DNA of 64,000 nt from a virus, in the IMG/VR virus record IMGVR_UViG_3300045988_085681, positions 1-64,000 of that record. One strand, 5' to 3'. Below, piece by piece: positions 29,133-39,499 of the stretch. Position 1 is the stretch's first letter. Each line of letters opens with the position of its first letter. Both the position numbers and the translations under genes were made by a program. The notes under the pieces were generated by a model. It searched no databases and was not told where the DNA came from. It saw only the letters and a program-made list of their open reading frames with translations.

Positions 29133-30153
29133 ACCTCTGATAGAGACTTTAAGAGTTGAAGATATTGATGACAATACTTATTTCTCTGAAAAGTATAATA
29201 ATTATATCTCAAACTCTAGATTATCTAAGATAAATCCAGATCAAGATGGTTCTCCAACAGAGTTCTTTGATAATTGGGGTAAGACTAAGTTAAATACAAC
29301 TAGCTTGGAATTTGGTAGTTGGTTGCATACTTTAGTTTTACAACCTGATGACTTCTTTCTAACAGATGTTAACAGACCTACTGCTAAAATGGGGGCAATG
29401 GCAGATTATATTTATAAAAAAACACAAGGTATCAATGTTACTAATGATATTATATTAGAAGCATCTGATAAATGTGATTATTATAAAGATAAAATGTCAG
29501 ATAAAAAAATAGAAAAAGTGTTAGCAGACTGTGCTCAATACTGGTGTGATAGAAAAGCTTTTGAAAAAGAAAATAATGATGCTAGAACACCAATATTTAC
29601 AGACCCTAAAAATCATGCTAAACTGAAAGTCTGTCTAGAGTCTCTAGATAGTGATACACAAATTCAATCTTTACTAAACCCTGAAGGATTACTAGAACAA
29701 CCAATTATTGGTAATGAGATAGCTTTCCTTATAGATGTTTTAGTAGAGGCTCCAGAGCATAAACCTTTTATACTAAAAATTAAGTCTAAACTTGATAATT
29801 ATAGTATAGATAAAGAAGAAGGAATAATCACTGTAAATGATTTAAAAACCACAGGAGATTTAATAAATAACTTTGCTAAAGGAGCTCTTATTAAATATCA
29901 CTATTATAGAGAGATGGCTTTATATAGTTGGTTATTAACTATGGCTGCTAAGAAGAATTATAACATTGAGAATCCTAAAATTAGAAGTAATTTCTTAGTA
30001 ATAGAAACTATTCCAAATTTTAATACTAAAGTAGTTCCTATGACTAGAGAACTTTTTAATAAAGGATTTAAAGAGTTTACTCACCTTCTTAAATTAGTAG
30101 CATTCTATTGTATGCATGGTTATGAGGGATTCGGAATTACTCAAGAGACCTGA
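29107..30153 (+). CDS. putative recombination exonuclease (PD-(D/E)XK-like)
   Basis: Position beside the Sak4/SSB-like genes; DLKT motif; weak. Confidence 0.3.
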   Translation: MKLSQISIKPLIETLRVEDIDDNTYFSEKYNNYISNSRLSKINPDQDGSPTEFFDNWGKTKLNTTSLEFGSWLHTLVLQPDDFFLTDVNRPTAKMGAMADYIYKKTQGINVTNDIILEASDKCDYYKDKMSDKKIEKVLADCAQYWCDRKAFEKENNDARTPIFTDPKNHAKLKVCLESLDSDTQIQSLLNPEGLLEQPIIGNEIAFLIDVLVEAPEHKPFILKIKSKLDNYSIDKEEGIITVNDLKTTGDLINNFAKGALIKYHYYREMALYSWLLTMAAKKNYNIENPKIRSNFLVIETIPNFNTKVVPMTRELFNKGFKEFTHLLKLVAFYCMHGYEGFGITQET

Positions 30154-30475
30154 TTATACTAAACTTTCCGATTTATATCGTAAATACTTTAGTTTAGGGT
30201 CTTTAGGAGAAAGTATAAATTTAAAATTTGCACTTATATCGTTACTTGGATATATGGTAAATTCTATGAAGAAGAAAAAACCTGGAGTTACTTATTATGA
30301 AGTAACTGCTAAATTAGCAGAAAAAACAGGTCTTGATGAAGATACAATACAAGCTATTGCTATCATCACTGAGGATTTTTCATATGGATGTACCGATTTT
30401 CCAACATTTGGCGTGCAACCAAAAGATATGCCAACAAAAATAAGAGAATTAATGGGAAAATTTCTTCCATTCTAA
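30116..30475 (+). CDS. hypothetical protein
   Basis: ORF track. Confidence 0.4.
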   Translation: MVMRDSELLKRPDYTKLSDLYRKYFSLGSLGESINLKFALISLLGYMVNSMKKKKPGVTYYEVTAKLAEKTGLDEDTIQAIAIITEDFSYGCTDFPTFGVQPKDMPTKIRELMGKFLPF

Positions 30476-30603
30476 AAAAATTAATTTTTTTATAATTTTC
30501 TTTTTGGAGGCAAAAAATATAGATTATATTAGCATTACAAAGATAAAGAAAAAACATCGCAGATGATTTGATAATAAGAATTAATGTTAATATATTTTTG
30601 AAA

Positions 30604-31248
30604 ATGAGTGAAATTTTTAATTTTAAGAGTTTTGAAGTAAGTGCAGAAACAAAGGAAGCAGCAGTAGCACAGGTAGAGAAAGAGAATTTCCATATTAATG
30701 GTGATGCAACACAGGCATGGAAGAAGTTCCATGAGAAGAACGCTAAAGTAACTTCTAATGATGAGAAGGAATTTAAGCTGGAGTATTTGAAGAAAAAGAC
30801 TAAGAATGCTCCTGGTAGTGGTTTCATTGTAACTCTTTCTAGTGCTGTTGTAAGTACACGTGAGCGTCCTTGGAAGGTTGTTGATATTAAGACTGAGGGT
30901 AAGCGTGATACTCAGAAGAAGTTTGATTTGGTAGACCACGATACAAAGGAAGTACTGAAGACTTTGAAGTCTGAGCGTGTAAAGAACGAGAAGGCTGGTG
31001 AAGCAATTCTTGATAAGGATGGTAACGATACTGGTCGTGTTGAACCAGATACAAAGGTTATTCGTCCTACTAAGACCGCAGCTAAGGAAATGGCTAAGGA
31101 ACTTATTAAGAAGGGCTTTAAGGGTCAGATCGATATCGTTCAGGGTAAGGAGTCTATTGGCTCTGACCCAGTAGTAGCTACTGTAACTTATACTCCATCT
31201 AAGAGTACTAAGAATGGTCGCTATATGTTCTTTGGTTTGGAATTTTAA
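30604..31248 (+). CDS. hypothetical Lys-rich protein
   Basis: ORF track; start moved to the internal ATG (MSEIFNF...); followed by a terminator. Confidence 0.45.
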   Translation: MSEIFNFKSFEVSAETKEAAVAQVEKENFHINGDATQAWKKFHEKNAKVTSNDEKEFKLEYLKKKTKNAPGSGFIVTLSSAVVSTRERPWKVVDIKTEGKRDTQKKFDLVDHDTKEVLKTLKSERVKNEKAGEAILDKDGNDTGRVEPDTKVIRPTKTAAKEMAKELIKKGFKGQIDIVQGKESIGSDPVVATVTYTPSKSTKNGRYMFFGLEF

Positions 31249-31272
31249 TTTTATTCATAATATTTAAAATAA

Positions 31273-31304
31273 GGCAGGTGCTCGCGAGAGTATCTGCCTT
31301 TTTT
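31273..31304 (+). terminator. rho-independent terminator
   Basis: ggcaggtgctcgcgagagtatctgcc followed by TTTTTT. Confidence 0.55.
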
Positions 31305-31378
31305 AATTTAGATACCTTTTATTTTACTAGATACTTTTATTTATAAAGGCGTAACAGCTATCTAATTTTTAAAAAAGT

Positions 31379-32905
31379 ATGAAACAAGCAACAAAATCTT
31401 CTTATATTAAGTTCTTTAATGATGCAATTAATAATAATCGTTCTTTAAAAGCTCAGTGTACTATATCAGGAAAAAATATAAATACTGTATATATGACAAT
31501 GAGAAATCTTAAAAAGAAAGAAAATAAAGATGAAGATGATAAGAAGATATTGGAATTATATGATAAACTAAAGAATACTAAGAAAAAAGAAGTAAAGAAA
31601 GATACAGATGATGCTTCTAATACTTGGGAAATAAGAGACGAGGATACTGGTAAAATTACTGGATATAAGTTTGAGATTTTCAGAAGAAATAAGCCCGCAA
31701 TCACAGGAGTCTTTACTAGAAACGAAATGAATAGTGTATATAGAATGTATACTTATTACGGTTCTGGTTTAACCCAGCAGATTGTCAGCAGATATTTCCC
31801 AGATTATTCTCTTATTGACTTTAAAAGAATTTTACGAGCTTTTAATATTACTAAAGCATCCTCTCCATTTGCCCCTCATATGTATGAAGAATATACTGAG
31901 GATGAATTAAAAGAAATGCATCTTAGAGAAAAAGAGAATGATTTCTTAAAAAGAATAGAGAAAGATGAAGTAAAGGATTTAAGAGCTTTAGTTACTAAGT
32001 TAACTAAGGAAACCTCTAAGTCTTTAAATAAGGAACTTATAGAAGATACTATTAAAAATACAGTAAAGGATTATAAAGAGCTTCCAGTAAACATTAATAA
32101 TAAAGAAGCAAAATATCCTGATTTAATTATATGGTTATCTGATTTACATATCGGAGCTTATAATGCTAAATATAGTAGTTTTGTACAGTTACCTTCTTAT
32201 GATGTTCCAGAAATTAAATCTAGATTATCTAGAATTGTGGAATCTTTTGTGGGACAAGAATATCATTCTGTATATGTAGTTAATCTTGGAGATTCTATTG
32301 ATGGGTTCAATAAAGAAACTACTAGAGGGGGTCATGAGCTTCCTGAGATTCTTGATAATAAAGAAATTAGTGAAGCATTTATAGAGTGTATGATGGAGTT
32401 CTTTGCTACTCTTACAGTAAAAGTAAAAAGTAAAGATTTTAATTATCTCTCTATAGGAGAATCTAATCATGGTGGTGATTTTGAATGGTTAAATCAGAAA
32501 CTTTTAGCTGCATATTTAACTAAATATAATGTTAAGAGTTATATTAGTAACTATCCTATTGATAATTTCATCATTGGAGATCATCAATTCCTATATGCTC
32601 ATGGTAAAGATAATAATTCTCAGACTAGACAATTTCCTCTTACTTTAAATCCTCAGACTGAATTATTCTTTGCTAATTATATAGCAGAAAAAGGTATATG
32701 TAGTCCTCATATTTATGTAATAAAAGGTGATTTACATAATTATGCTTATACTACTGGTAAGCAGTTTGATTATATATCAGTAGGTAGTATGTATGGTAGT
32801 AGTAATTATATTACAGCTAATTTTGGACATACTAAATGGAGTATTAATTATACTATTGTAAAAGATAAAGATATTTTGATGGGAACTATTAAAGGAAATA
32901 ATTAA
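31379..32905 (+). CDS. calcineurin-like metallophosphoesterase (SbcD/Mre11-like?) with a long N-terminal extension
   Basis: Motifs LSDLHIG (D-x-H), NLGDSIDG (GD..D) and GESNHG (GNH). Confidence 0.5.
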   Translation: MKQATKSSYIKFFNDAINNNRSLKAQCTISGKNINTVYMTMRNLKKKENKDEDDKKILELYDKLKNTKKKEVKKDTDDASNTWEIRDEDTGKITGYKFEIFRRNKPAITGVFTRNEMNSVYRMYTYYGSGLTQQIVSRYFPDYSLIDFKRILRAFNITKASSPFAPHMYEEYTEDELKEMHLREKENDFLKRIEKDEVKDLRALVTKLTKETSKSLNKELIEDTIKNTVKDYKELPVNINNKEAKYPDLIIWLSDLHIGAYNAKYSSFVQLPSYDVPEIKSRLSRIVESFVGQEYHSVYVVNLGDSIDGFNKETTRGGHELPEILDNKEISEAFIECMMEFFATLTVKVKSKDFNYLSIGESNHGGDFEWLNQKLLAAYLTKYNVKSYISNYPIDNFIIGDHQFLYAHGKDNNSQTRQFPLTLNPQTELFFANYIAEKGICSPHIYVIKGDLHNYAYTTGKQFDYISVGSMYGSSNYITANFGHTKWSINYTIVKDKDILMGTIKGNN

Positions 32906-33171
32906 TGAGAGACATAAGACTTCCAGAAATATCCGATAAATTTATAGATATTTCTGATATAAATGAGAATACTTCGGGTATTATTTTAGCATACAAATGT
33001 AATAAACCAGTTGGATTCATTGGCTATAACAATGAAGATATTACATGGGAATATTTCGATGATATTACTATAGATTGTAGTTTTAAATGTAATGAAAATT
33101 TGCTAGCATTACTAAAAGCTATAATGTCAAATAATTACGCCGATAGTTTTAAATTAATTGATTTTAAATAA
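32905..33171 (+). CDS. small protein, paralog A
   Basis: Tandem paralog of 33171-33455 (IDISDINENTSGIILAYK... versus IDLAAITNNYKGIIIAYK...). Confidence 0.45.
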   Translation: MRDIRLPEISDKFIDISDINENTSGIILAYKCNKPVGFIGYNNEDITWEYFDDITIDCSFKCNENLLALLKAIMSNNYADSFKLIDFK

Positions 33172-33455
33172 TGAAATATATTACTATTCCTAAAAGTAGT
33201 GATGCTACTATAGACTTAGCAGCTATTACTAATAATTATAAAGGTATAATTATCGCTTATAAAGAAGGTATGGCTGTAGGAAGCATTTCATATTGTTCAG
33301 ATACCAATCTGTGGTATTTTTGTGACAATATAGATAATAATCAATTTAATACATGTAAAGATACATTATTAGAATTAGTCAATGACTTAATAGATACTAA
33401 ACATATAGCAGATAATTTTAGATTATTAGAATTTCAGATAATTTTAGATTATTAG
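33171..33455 (+). CDS. small protein, paralog B
   Basis: Tandem paralog of 32905-33171. Confidence 0.45.
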   Translation: MKYITIPKSSDATIDLAAITNNYKGIIIAYKEGMAVGSISYCSDTNLWYFCDNIDNNQFNTCKDTLLELVNDLIDTKHIADNFRLLEFQIILDY

Positions 33456-33473
33456 AATTTTATACTAACAACG

Positions 33474-34094
33474 ATGATTAGCAGAGAAGACATTTTACAG
33501 GAAGCTTTACATAAGTGTTTTGTAGAAATGTATAGATGGGCTCAGCCTTCTATAGATTTGGATGAGCTTATTAAGAATGGATTTAAAGATAGTGAAAAAG
33601 ATCCTTTATATGCTAGACATTATTTATCTCAAGATAATTTTAATTATATAAGAGATACTTATATGTATGCATATGGTATTAAGGATACTTGGGATGATAC
33701 TTTTGAAATATTAATTAAGCAACTCTTAGAAGGAGGTATAGAAGATGATTATAAAGAAGCTACTCCTGATAAACCTGCTTATAGAGATTATAAAAAAGTT
33801 CTCCCACTAAAAGAAGTTATTACCTGCCCAGGAGAAGTTGATACTATTATTGACTATATAAAGAAATGTCAAAACTTTTATAAAGGACATTGCTATGAAA
33901 CTAATAAATTTTCTTGTAGTATTGCATTAGGTCCTAGTCCCAATTGTAATGCAAAACATGTTACAGAATATTGGCATAGTCATGGCAAACCAGAGTTTAA
34001 AATAGTAGAATATAATATCTCAGATGTTATTTACGGAGACGGAGACTTTGAAGAAGTATCTGATGAAGAGTTTCTCACTACATTAAGATGGTAA
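33474..34094 (+). CDS. hypothetical protein
   Basis: ORF track. Confidence 0.45.
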   Translation: MISREDILQEALHKCFVEMYRWAQPSIDLDELIKNGFKDSEKDPLYARHYLSQDNFNYIRDTYMYAYGIKDTWDDTFEILIKQLLEGGIEDDYKEATPDKPAYRDYKKVLPLKEVITCPGEVDTIIDYIKKCQNFYKGHCYETNKFSCSIALGPSPNCNAKHVTEYWHSHGKPEFKIVEYNISDVIYGDGDFEEVSDEEFLTTLRW

Positions 34095-34324
34095 CTAATG
34101 AAATTACTAAAGATAACAAGACACTACTTATCTGCTATAAAAATTCATATCCCTGTGGGCAAATATTATACAACGGGAGTAAGTGGGTATATATTACTAG
34201 TGTAGATGTAAACAAAGTTAACTATGCCGAAGATACTCCGCATAATTTAGTACAAAAATTATTAGATAAAGAAATTATTGATAACATAATGTTTTTCACA
34301 TACAATGGAGAGAATGCCAACTGA
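34088..34324 (+). CDS. small protein, possible third member of the 32905/33171 family
   Basis: Similar architecture (TLLICYKNSYPCGQILYNGSKW...). Confidence 0.35.
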   Translation: MVTNEITKDNKTLLICYKNSYPCGQILYNGSKWVYITSVDVNKVNYAEDTPHNLVQKLLDKEIIDNIMFFTYNGENAN

Positions 34325-35099
34325 ATTTACTTTAGAAGAAGTATTAAAAGGAAAAGCTACTAGTATTAAAGGTAAAGATTATCTTCCTACTAGAGGATAT
34401 ATTGAGCCTTTTCTGGAAAGAGTTCAAAAATTAACTTCTGATATTAGAGTACATGTAAAATTACCTGATCAAATCACTTATAATAAAAATGGTGATATAG
34501 ATACTGCTGATTTAACTTTTAATAGAGTATGGTTAGAAGCAGTATTACCAAATGAATATCAATATGCTAATCATCAGCAGGTAATTGGTATGGTATATGG
34601 TCTAGACACTAGAAAAGCTGTTATAAAAATATACTCAGGTGCCATAAATTCTGCTTGCACTAACCTTTGTGTGTTTAATCCAGACAGTTTAGTAGTTAAT
34701 GAGATAGAACCAGAGACTCCGATTAACTTTAAACCAATTACAAGACTTGTAGAGCAAACTACAGAGATAGGAGTTACTCTCAGACGCTTTGCAGATACAG
34801 ATTTTGACTATACCAATAAAAGTTTTGTAAATGAACATTTAGGTAGATGGATTCGTAACTGTATGTCTGAATCTATTGATAATGGTTTTGGTAAAGTAAA
34901 ATTAGCTACATCAACTCCTATTGATGCTTATAAATTATTATTTGATAAAAAAGATAGTCCATATCTTCTATCAGATAATAACGCAAATATGTTTACTGTA
35001 TATAATGCATTCACTCAAATTATAACTGACTCTATGAAAAAAGATATTATGAATCAAGTTGAGAAAACTTTACTAGTAAACAGTATTTTAACTTTGTAA
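34305..35099 (+). CDS. hypothetical protein
   Basis: ORF track. Confidence 0.45.
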   Translation: MERMPTEFTLEEVLKGKATSIKGKDYLPTRGYIEPFLERVQKLTSDIRVHVKLPDQITYNKNGDIDTADLTFNRVWLEAVLPNEYQYANHQQVIGMVYGLDTRKAVIKIYSGAINSACTNLCVFNPDSLVVNEIEPETPINFKPITRLVEQTTEIGVTLRRFADTDFDYTNKSFVNEHLGRWIRNCMSESIDNGFGKVKLATSTPIDAYKLLFDKKDSPYLLSDNNANMFTVYNAFTQIITDSMKKDIMNQVEKTLLVNSILTL

Positions 35100-35196
35100 A
35101 TAATATTTTGAAATAACTATATAAGCACTATATTATTAGTTCAGTACTAGTATTATAGTGCTTATTTCGTAGATGATTTAAAATGTTAATTTATAA

Positions 35197-37425
35197 ATGT
35201 TATTTATGGTAATAAAAAGAGACGGAATTAAAGAAGAGTTTAACAGAAACAAAATTAGAGATGCTGTACTAAAGGCTTTTGGAGTTACCCAAAATTCTAG
35301 TAAGACAATGGATGAAGATATTTACAGAGCAGTTACTGAGATAACTAATTCTGTAGTAGAGACTGAAGATCAATCTATTGAGGATATTCAAGACCAAATT
35401 GAAGAACTCTTAATGGATTTAGGATACTACAACGTAGCTAAAAAATATATTCTATATCGTAAAGAACGTGAAGATATTAGAAATCATGCTACTAGGGATA
35501 TTAAATTTATTCATAATTTTGTAAAGTCTGATAATACTGCTAATGCTACTATTGATGATAATAGTAATGTTGGAACTAAAGGCATTGGAGTATTAAATGC
35601 TGAAATACATAAAGTCGATAATAAACTTACTAATACAGAATGGTGGGAAAGTTTTGTAAAGAAGAGAGACCCTAACTTTAATATAAAAGTTATGAGGAAT
35701 GACTTTAAAACTATTTTATATCCTCATGACTCATCTTCTCAAGTAGGGGAACCATATTGTATGGCAGCTTCTATGTATCCTTTCTTGTTGTCTGGATTAG
35801 AAAAATTAGGAGGTAAATCAGCCGTTCCAAAGAATCTTGATTCATTTTGTGGTATTTATGTAAATCTAAACTTTGCATTAGCCTCTGAAATTAAAGGAGC
35901 AGTAGCTACTCCTGAGTTTCTGATGTATATGGATTATTTCTGTAGAAAAGAATGGGGAAATAATTATTATCTCAAACCAAGTGTAAAAATAACTACAGAT
36001 TATTGTATAAAACAAAAAACTATTGGTAGTCAAATTGATCAGTATTTCCAACAGGTAACTTATTCCATTAATCAAATAGCAGGAGCTAGAGGAATGCAGT
36101 CTCCATTTACAAATTTTTCATTCTTCGATAAATATTTCTTTGAAGGTATGTTTGGAGAATTTGTATTTCCAGATGGAACAAAGCCAGAGTGGAACTCTAC
36201 TAATTGGTTACAAAGACGTTATTTACATTGGTTAAATCAAGAAAGATTAAAATGTATCTTAACATTTCCTGTATGTAGTTATGCTTGCTTAACAGATAAG
36301 GAAGGTAATTTTAAAGATTTAGATACTTTCCATTTTATATGCAATGAATATGCCCAAGGAAATTCTTTCTTTACTTATTTGTCTCGTAGTGTAGATAGTT
36401 TAAGTTCATGTTGTCGTTTACAGAATGCCGTACAAGAAAATACATTTAATACTACTAATGGTCAAATAGGTATAATGACTGGTAGTAAGAATGTTATCAC
36501 TCTTGATTTAAATAGAATTATTCAAGATTGGCAGCATACTTGGTCTGATTATAAAGACCATATTGATGTTAACACCAATAGATGTTGTTTCCCAGTAGAT
36601 TGGATTACACATAAAGACTTCCAAGAAGGAATTAAGAAATATATAGAAAATATTCTTGAAAGAGTTTATTTGTATCAGTATGCTTATAACGACTTAATGC
36701 ATTGGTGCAAAGACCATCATTTATATGCTGCTTATGATGCTGGTTTTATTAATCTTGATAAACAGTATTTAACTATTGGAATTAATGGCTTAAATCAGGC
36801 TGCTGAATACTTAGGAATGGAATGTAATAATAATATTTATTATAAGACATTCTGTAGATTGATATTTAGTACTATAAAAGAACAGAATAAGAAACATAAA
36901 ACTAAAACAGCTCAATTTAATACTGAACAAGTACCCGCAGAAAGCGCTTCAGTAAAACTTTATAATAGAGATAAAGCTGATGGTTATTGGATTCCTACAG
37001 ACACTAATCTGTATGCTAGTTATATATTTAAACCTAATGATACACATATAAGTATACTTGATAAAATTATACTTCATAGTTCTGAATTCGCTGCTGATGA
37101 ATTAGATGGAGGTTCTGCTTGTCATCTTAATTTATCTGAACATTTGAGTCAGAAACAATATGAGTATTTACTTAAATTTATGGCTAAAGTAGGTTGTAAA
37201 TATGCTACTTTTAATATTCCTAATTGTGAATGTGAAGAGTGTCATTTTATAGCAAAACAACCGTTTAGTAAATGTCCTAAATGTGGTAGTACGCATGTAA
37301 ATCTATGGGATAGAATTATCGGCTATCTTACAAAGATTTCTAACTGGAGTGCTGCTAGACAACTAGAAGGTAGTACTAGAAGTAGAAAAAATGAATTAGA
37401 AATTAATATAGAATTAGCACAATGA
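35197..37425 (+). CDS. nrdD: anaerobic ribonucleoside-triphosphate reductase (class III RNR)
   Basis: N-terminal ATP-cone (VIKRDGIKEEFNRNKI). C-terminal Zn site CPKCGS. Glycyl-radical motif RIIGYLTKISNW. Confidence 0.85.
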   Translation: MLFMVIKRDGIKEEFNRNKIRDAVLKAFGVTQNSSKTMDEDIYRAVTEITNSVVETEDQSIEDIQDQIEELLMDLGYYNVAKKYILYRKEREDIRNHATRDIKFIHNFVKSDNTANATIDDNSNVGTKGIGVLNAEIHKVDNKLTNTEWWESFVKKRDPNFNIKVMRNDFKTILYPHDSSSQVGEPYCMAASMYPFLLSGLEKLGGKSAVPKNLDSFCGIYVNLNFALASEIKGAVATPEFLMYMDYFCRKEWGNNYYLKPSVKITTDYCIKQKTIGSQIDQYFQQVTYSINQIAGARGMQSPFTNFSFFDKYFFEGMFGEFVFPDGTKPEWNSTNWLQRRYLHWLNQERLKCILTFPVCSYACLTDKEGNFKDLDTFHFICNEYAQGNSFFTYLSRSVDSLSSCCRLQNAVQENTFNTTNGQIGIMTGSKNVITLDLNRIIQDWQHTWSDYKDHIDVNTNRCCFPVDWITHKDFQEGIKKYIENILERVYLYQYAYNDLMHWCKDHHLYAAYDAGFINLDKQYLTIGINGLNQAAEYLGMECNNNIYYKTFCRLIFSTIKEQNKKHKTKTAQFNTEQVPAESASVKLYNRDKADGYWIPTDTNLYASYIFKPNDTHISILDKIILHSSEFAADELDGGSACHLNLSEHLSQKQYEYLLKFMAKVGCKYATFNIPNCECEECHFIAKQPFSKCPKCGSTHVNLWDRIIGYLTKISNWSAARQLEGSTRSRKNELEINIELAQ

Positions 37426-37685
37426 AAAGAATATTAAAATTTGAAGCAGAGTGGTGTGGACAATGTAAAGCTTTAGCACCTATTTTAAAAAGAGTATTAG
37501 AAAATCATACTGATATTACTTTAACTACAGTAGATATAGAGACAGAGGAAGAAACTACTCTTAAATATAATATTAGAAATCTTCCAACTCTTGTATTTAT
37601 AAAAGATAATATAGAGGTAGGAAGAACTTCTGGAGTTTTAACTGCCGATATGCTTGAGAATAAAATTAAAGAGCTCTATGCTTAA
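37422..37685 (+). CDS. thioredoxin/glutaredoxin-like protein
   Basis: Active site WCGQCK (thioredoxin CxxC). Confidence 0.7.
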   Translation: MKRILKFEAEWCGQCKALAPILKRVLENHTDITLTTVDIETEEETTLKYNIRNLPTLVFIKDNIEVGRTSGVLTADMLENKIKELYA

Positions 37686-38154
37686 ATATGTTGATACAGC
37701 TGTTACTTTTGCAGAATTTCCTAATGAAGTTTCTCTATGTATTAACATCAGTGGTTGCAATTGTTTTTGCGATGGTTGCCACTCACCTTATTTGTCAAAA
37801 GATATTGGAGAAGTACTATCATTGGAACGACTCCAAGGATTAATTGAATCTAATAAAGGAATTACATTAGTAGGATTTATGGGAGGAGATTCTGATCCAA
37901 AAGAAATAAATAAATTAGCTAAATGGGTTAGAGAAAATTATCCCGAATTACATATTGGATGGTATAGTGGTAAACAAGAATTAGCTGATAGTGTTATAGA
38001 TATTGATAATTTTGATTATCTTAAACTTGGTCCTTATATGAAACAATTTGGACCATTAAATAATCCACATACTAATCAAAATTTTTATAAGATAGATAGA
38101 AATGCCCATATAATGATATGGTGTACTGATATATTTTGGAAGGAGGCTGAATAA
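37654..38154 (+). CDS. nrdG: anaerobic RNR activating protein (radical SAM)
   Basis: Cys cluster CINISGCNCFCDGCHSP. Directly downstream of nrdD. The start may be the ATG at 37678. Confidence 0.75.
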   Translation: MRIKLKSSMLKYVDTAVTFAEFPNEVSLCINISGCNCFCDGCHSPYLSKDIGEVLSLERLQGLIESNKGITLVGFMGGDSDPKEINKLAKWVRENYPELHIGWYSGKQELADSVIDIDNFDYLKLGPYMKQFGPLNNPHTNQNFYKIDRNAHIMIWCTDIFWKEAE

Positions 38155-38167
38155 GCCTCCTTTTTTT
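38142..38167 (+). terminator. rho-independent terminator
   Basis: ggaggct-gaata-agcctcc followed by TTTTTTT; the nrdG stop lies in the loop. Confidence 0.6.
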
Positions 38168-38330
38168 AGTTTTATGGAGTGCGCAATTTTAAATTACGGT
38201 GTAGGAAGTGTTGACTTAGTAACAGTTCCAGATGATATTAATGATGTAGAAGTTTATTTATGTGATGTTCTTGGTTACAGAGAAGATGAAATAGAATTTA
38301 TGATTAAAGAGGGTAAAATTAATGTAGAAG

Positions 38331-38726
38331 ATGATAGAGACTAAACGAATAAATAATTTAGAATTTAAGGTCGCTACCTATCTTTTAAAAAATCCTCCTG
38401 AAATTAAAGCCTACCATATAAATAGATATATGCCTAATTGTTATTATGGTCATGAGTCTGATTTTATAAAAATAGATAATGATTGGTATAGAGACCCAAA
38501 CTTTTCCTGGCATAAAATACATAAAAGCTGCTTTAAAAATTCTGAAACTTGTTATGCTATAGCAAGTTTTGAGTATAATAAACATGAAGGAGTTTACGAG
38601 TTTATGTGGGTAGGTGAAAGACCTTTAGATTTAACAGAACAAGAAGAAAAAGATTTTAAAGAATTAATTATTTATGGTTTTAATAAGTTAAATCATGGAA
38701 GTAACGAAAGTAAGTCAGATTACTGA
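38331..38726 (+). CDS. hypothetical protein
   Basis: ORF track. Confidence 0.4.
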   Translation: MIETKRINNLEFKVATYLLKNPPEIKAYHINRYMPNCYYGHESDFIKIDNDWYRDPNFSWHKIHKSCFKNSETCYAIASFEYNKHEGVYEFMWVGERPLDLTEQEEKDFKELIIYGFNKLNHGSNESKSDY

Positions 38727-38910
38727 CAATCTTAAAAAATACACATATGGAGGTAAAGATTCTGACTATATAACTCTTACAAGATGGGCTAATGTAGATG
38801 GATATGATATTGATATTAATGGTAAATTAATATCTTTATCTGATAATGAGCTAGAAGCCATTAACTATTTAGTACTAGTAATGCGCTTCGAAAACAAAAA
38901 TAATGGATGA
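38695..38910 (+). CDS. hypothetical small protein
   Basis: ORF track. Confidence 0.3.
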   Translation: MEVTKVSQITDNLKKYTYGGKDSDYITLTRWANVDGYDIDINGKLISLSDNELEAINYLVLVMRFENKNNG

Positions 38911-39062
38911 CATAATTGTGTTAGATTATTCCAATGGTAAAGTTTATATTTATACCTTACCTAGATTACAAATGTATGATAGTGAGATAGAAGATTGGTT
39001 AGATTCTATGAGTTTTGATCTAAGCAACATAAACTGGATGGTTAATAAAAATATCACGATTA

Positions 39063-39257
39063 ATGATGAAAGAAAGTAAGACAGAATTAGAACAGAATAT
39101 TGACGAGATTATTAAGTCTAGAAAAATTTCTAATATTTTTACTTTGGAAACTGCTAGATTGATTAAGGCTGCACTAGTTAATAATAAGCACTCTGAAAGC
39201 CTGTTTCCGAATTACAAGTTCTTCAGAAAATGGCTAAAGAGCGTGAAAAGTCTATAG
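39063..39257 (+). CDS. GatB/YqeY-domain protein, N-terminal fragment (frameshifted gene)
   Basis: MMKESKTELEQNIDEIIKSRKISNIFTLETARLIKAALVNN resembles the YqeY N-terminus. Confidence 0.5.
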   Translation: MMKESKTELEQNIDEIIKSRKISNIFTLETARLIKAALVNNKHSESLFPNYKFFRKWLKSVKSL

Positions 39258-39499
39258 TTCTCTACACAAATGCAGGTCGTAATGACTTAGCTCGTTTAGA
39301 GTCTAAAGAACTTGATTGTATTAAAGAGATGATGCCTAAAGAACCTTCAGAGAAGGAGATTGAAGAACTTATTGCTGAATTAATGGAAGCAACAACTCTT
39401 ACTATTAAAGATACTAAAGGTGTTATTGCAGATGTTCAAAGTAGATTCCCTACTGCTCAGAAGAGTACTATTGTTAAAATATTTAAATCTTTACTGTAA
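39230..39499 (+). CDS. GatB/YqeY-domain protein, C-terminal fragment (frameshifted gene)
   Basis: AGRNDLARLESKELDCIKEMMPKEPSEKEIEELIAE...GVIADVQSRFP matches the YqeY core (AGRDDLA...LSEEEI...). The homology continues upstream of its ATG, in the -1 frame relative to the N-fragment. Confidence 0.5.
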   Translation: MAKEREKSIVLYTNAGRNDLARLESKELDCIKEMMPKEPSEKEIEELIAELMEATTLTIKDTKGVIADVQSRFPTAQKSTIVKIFKSLL

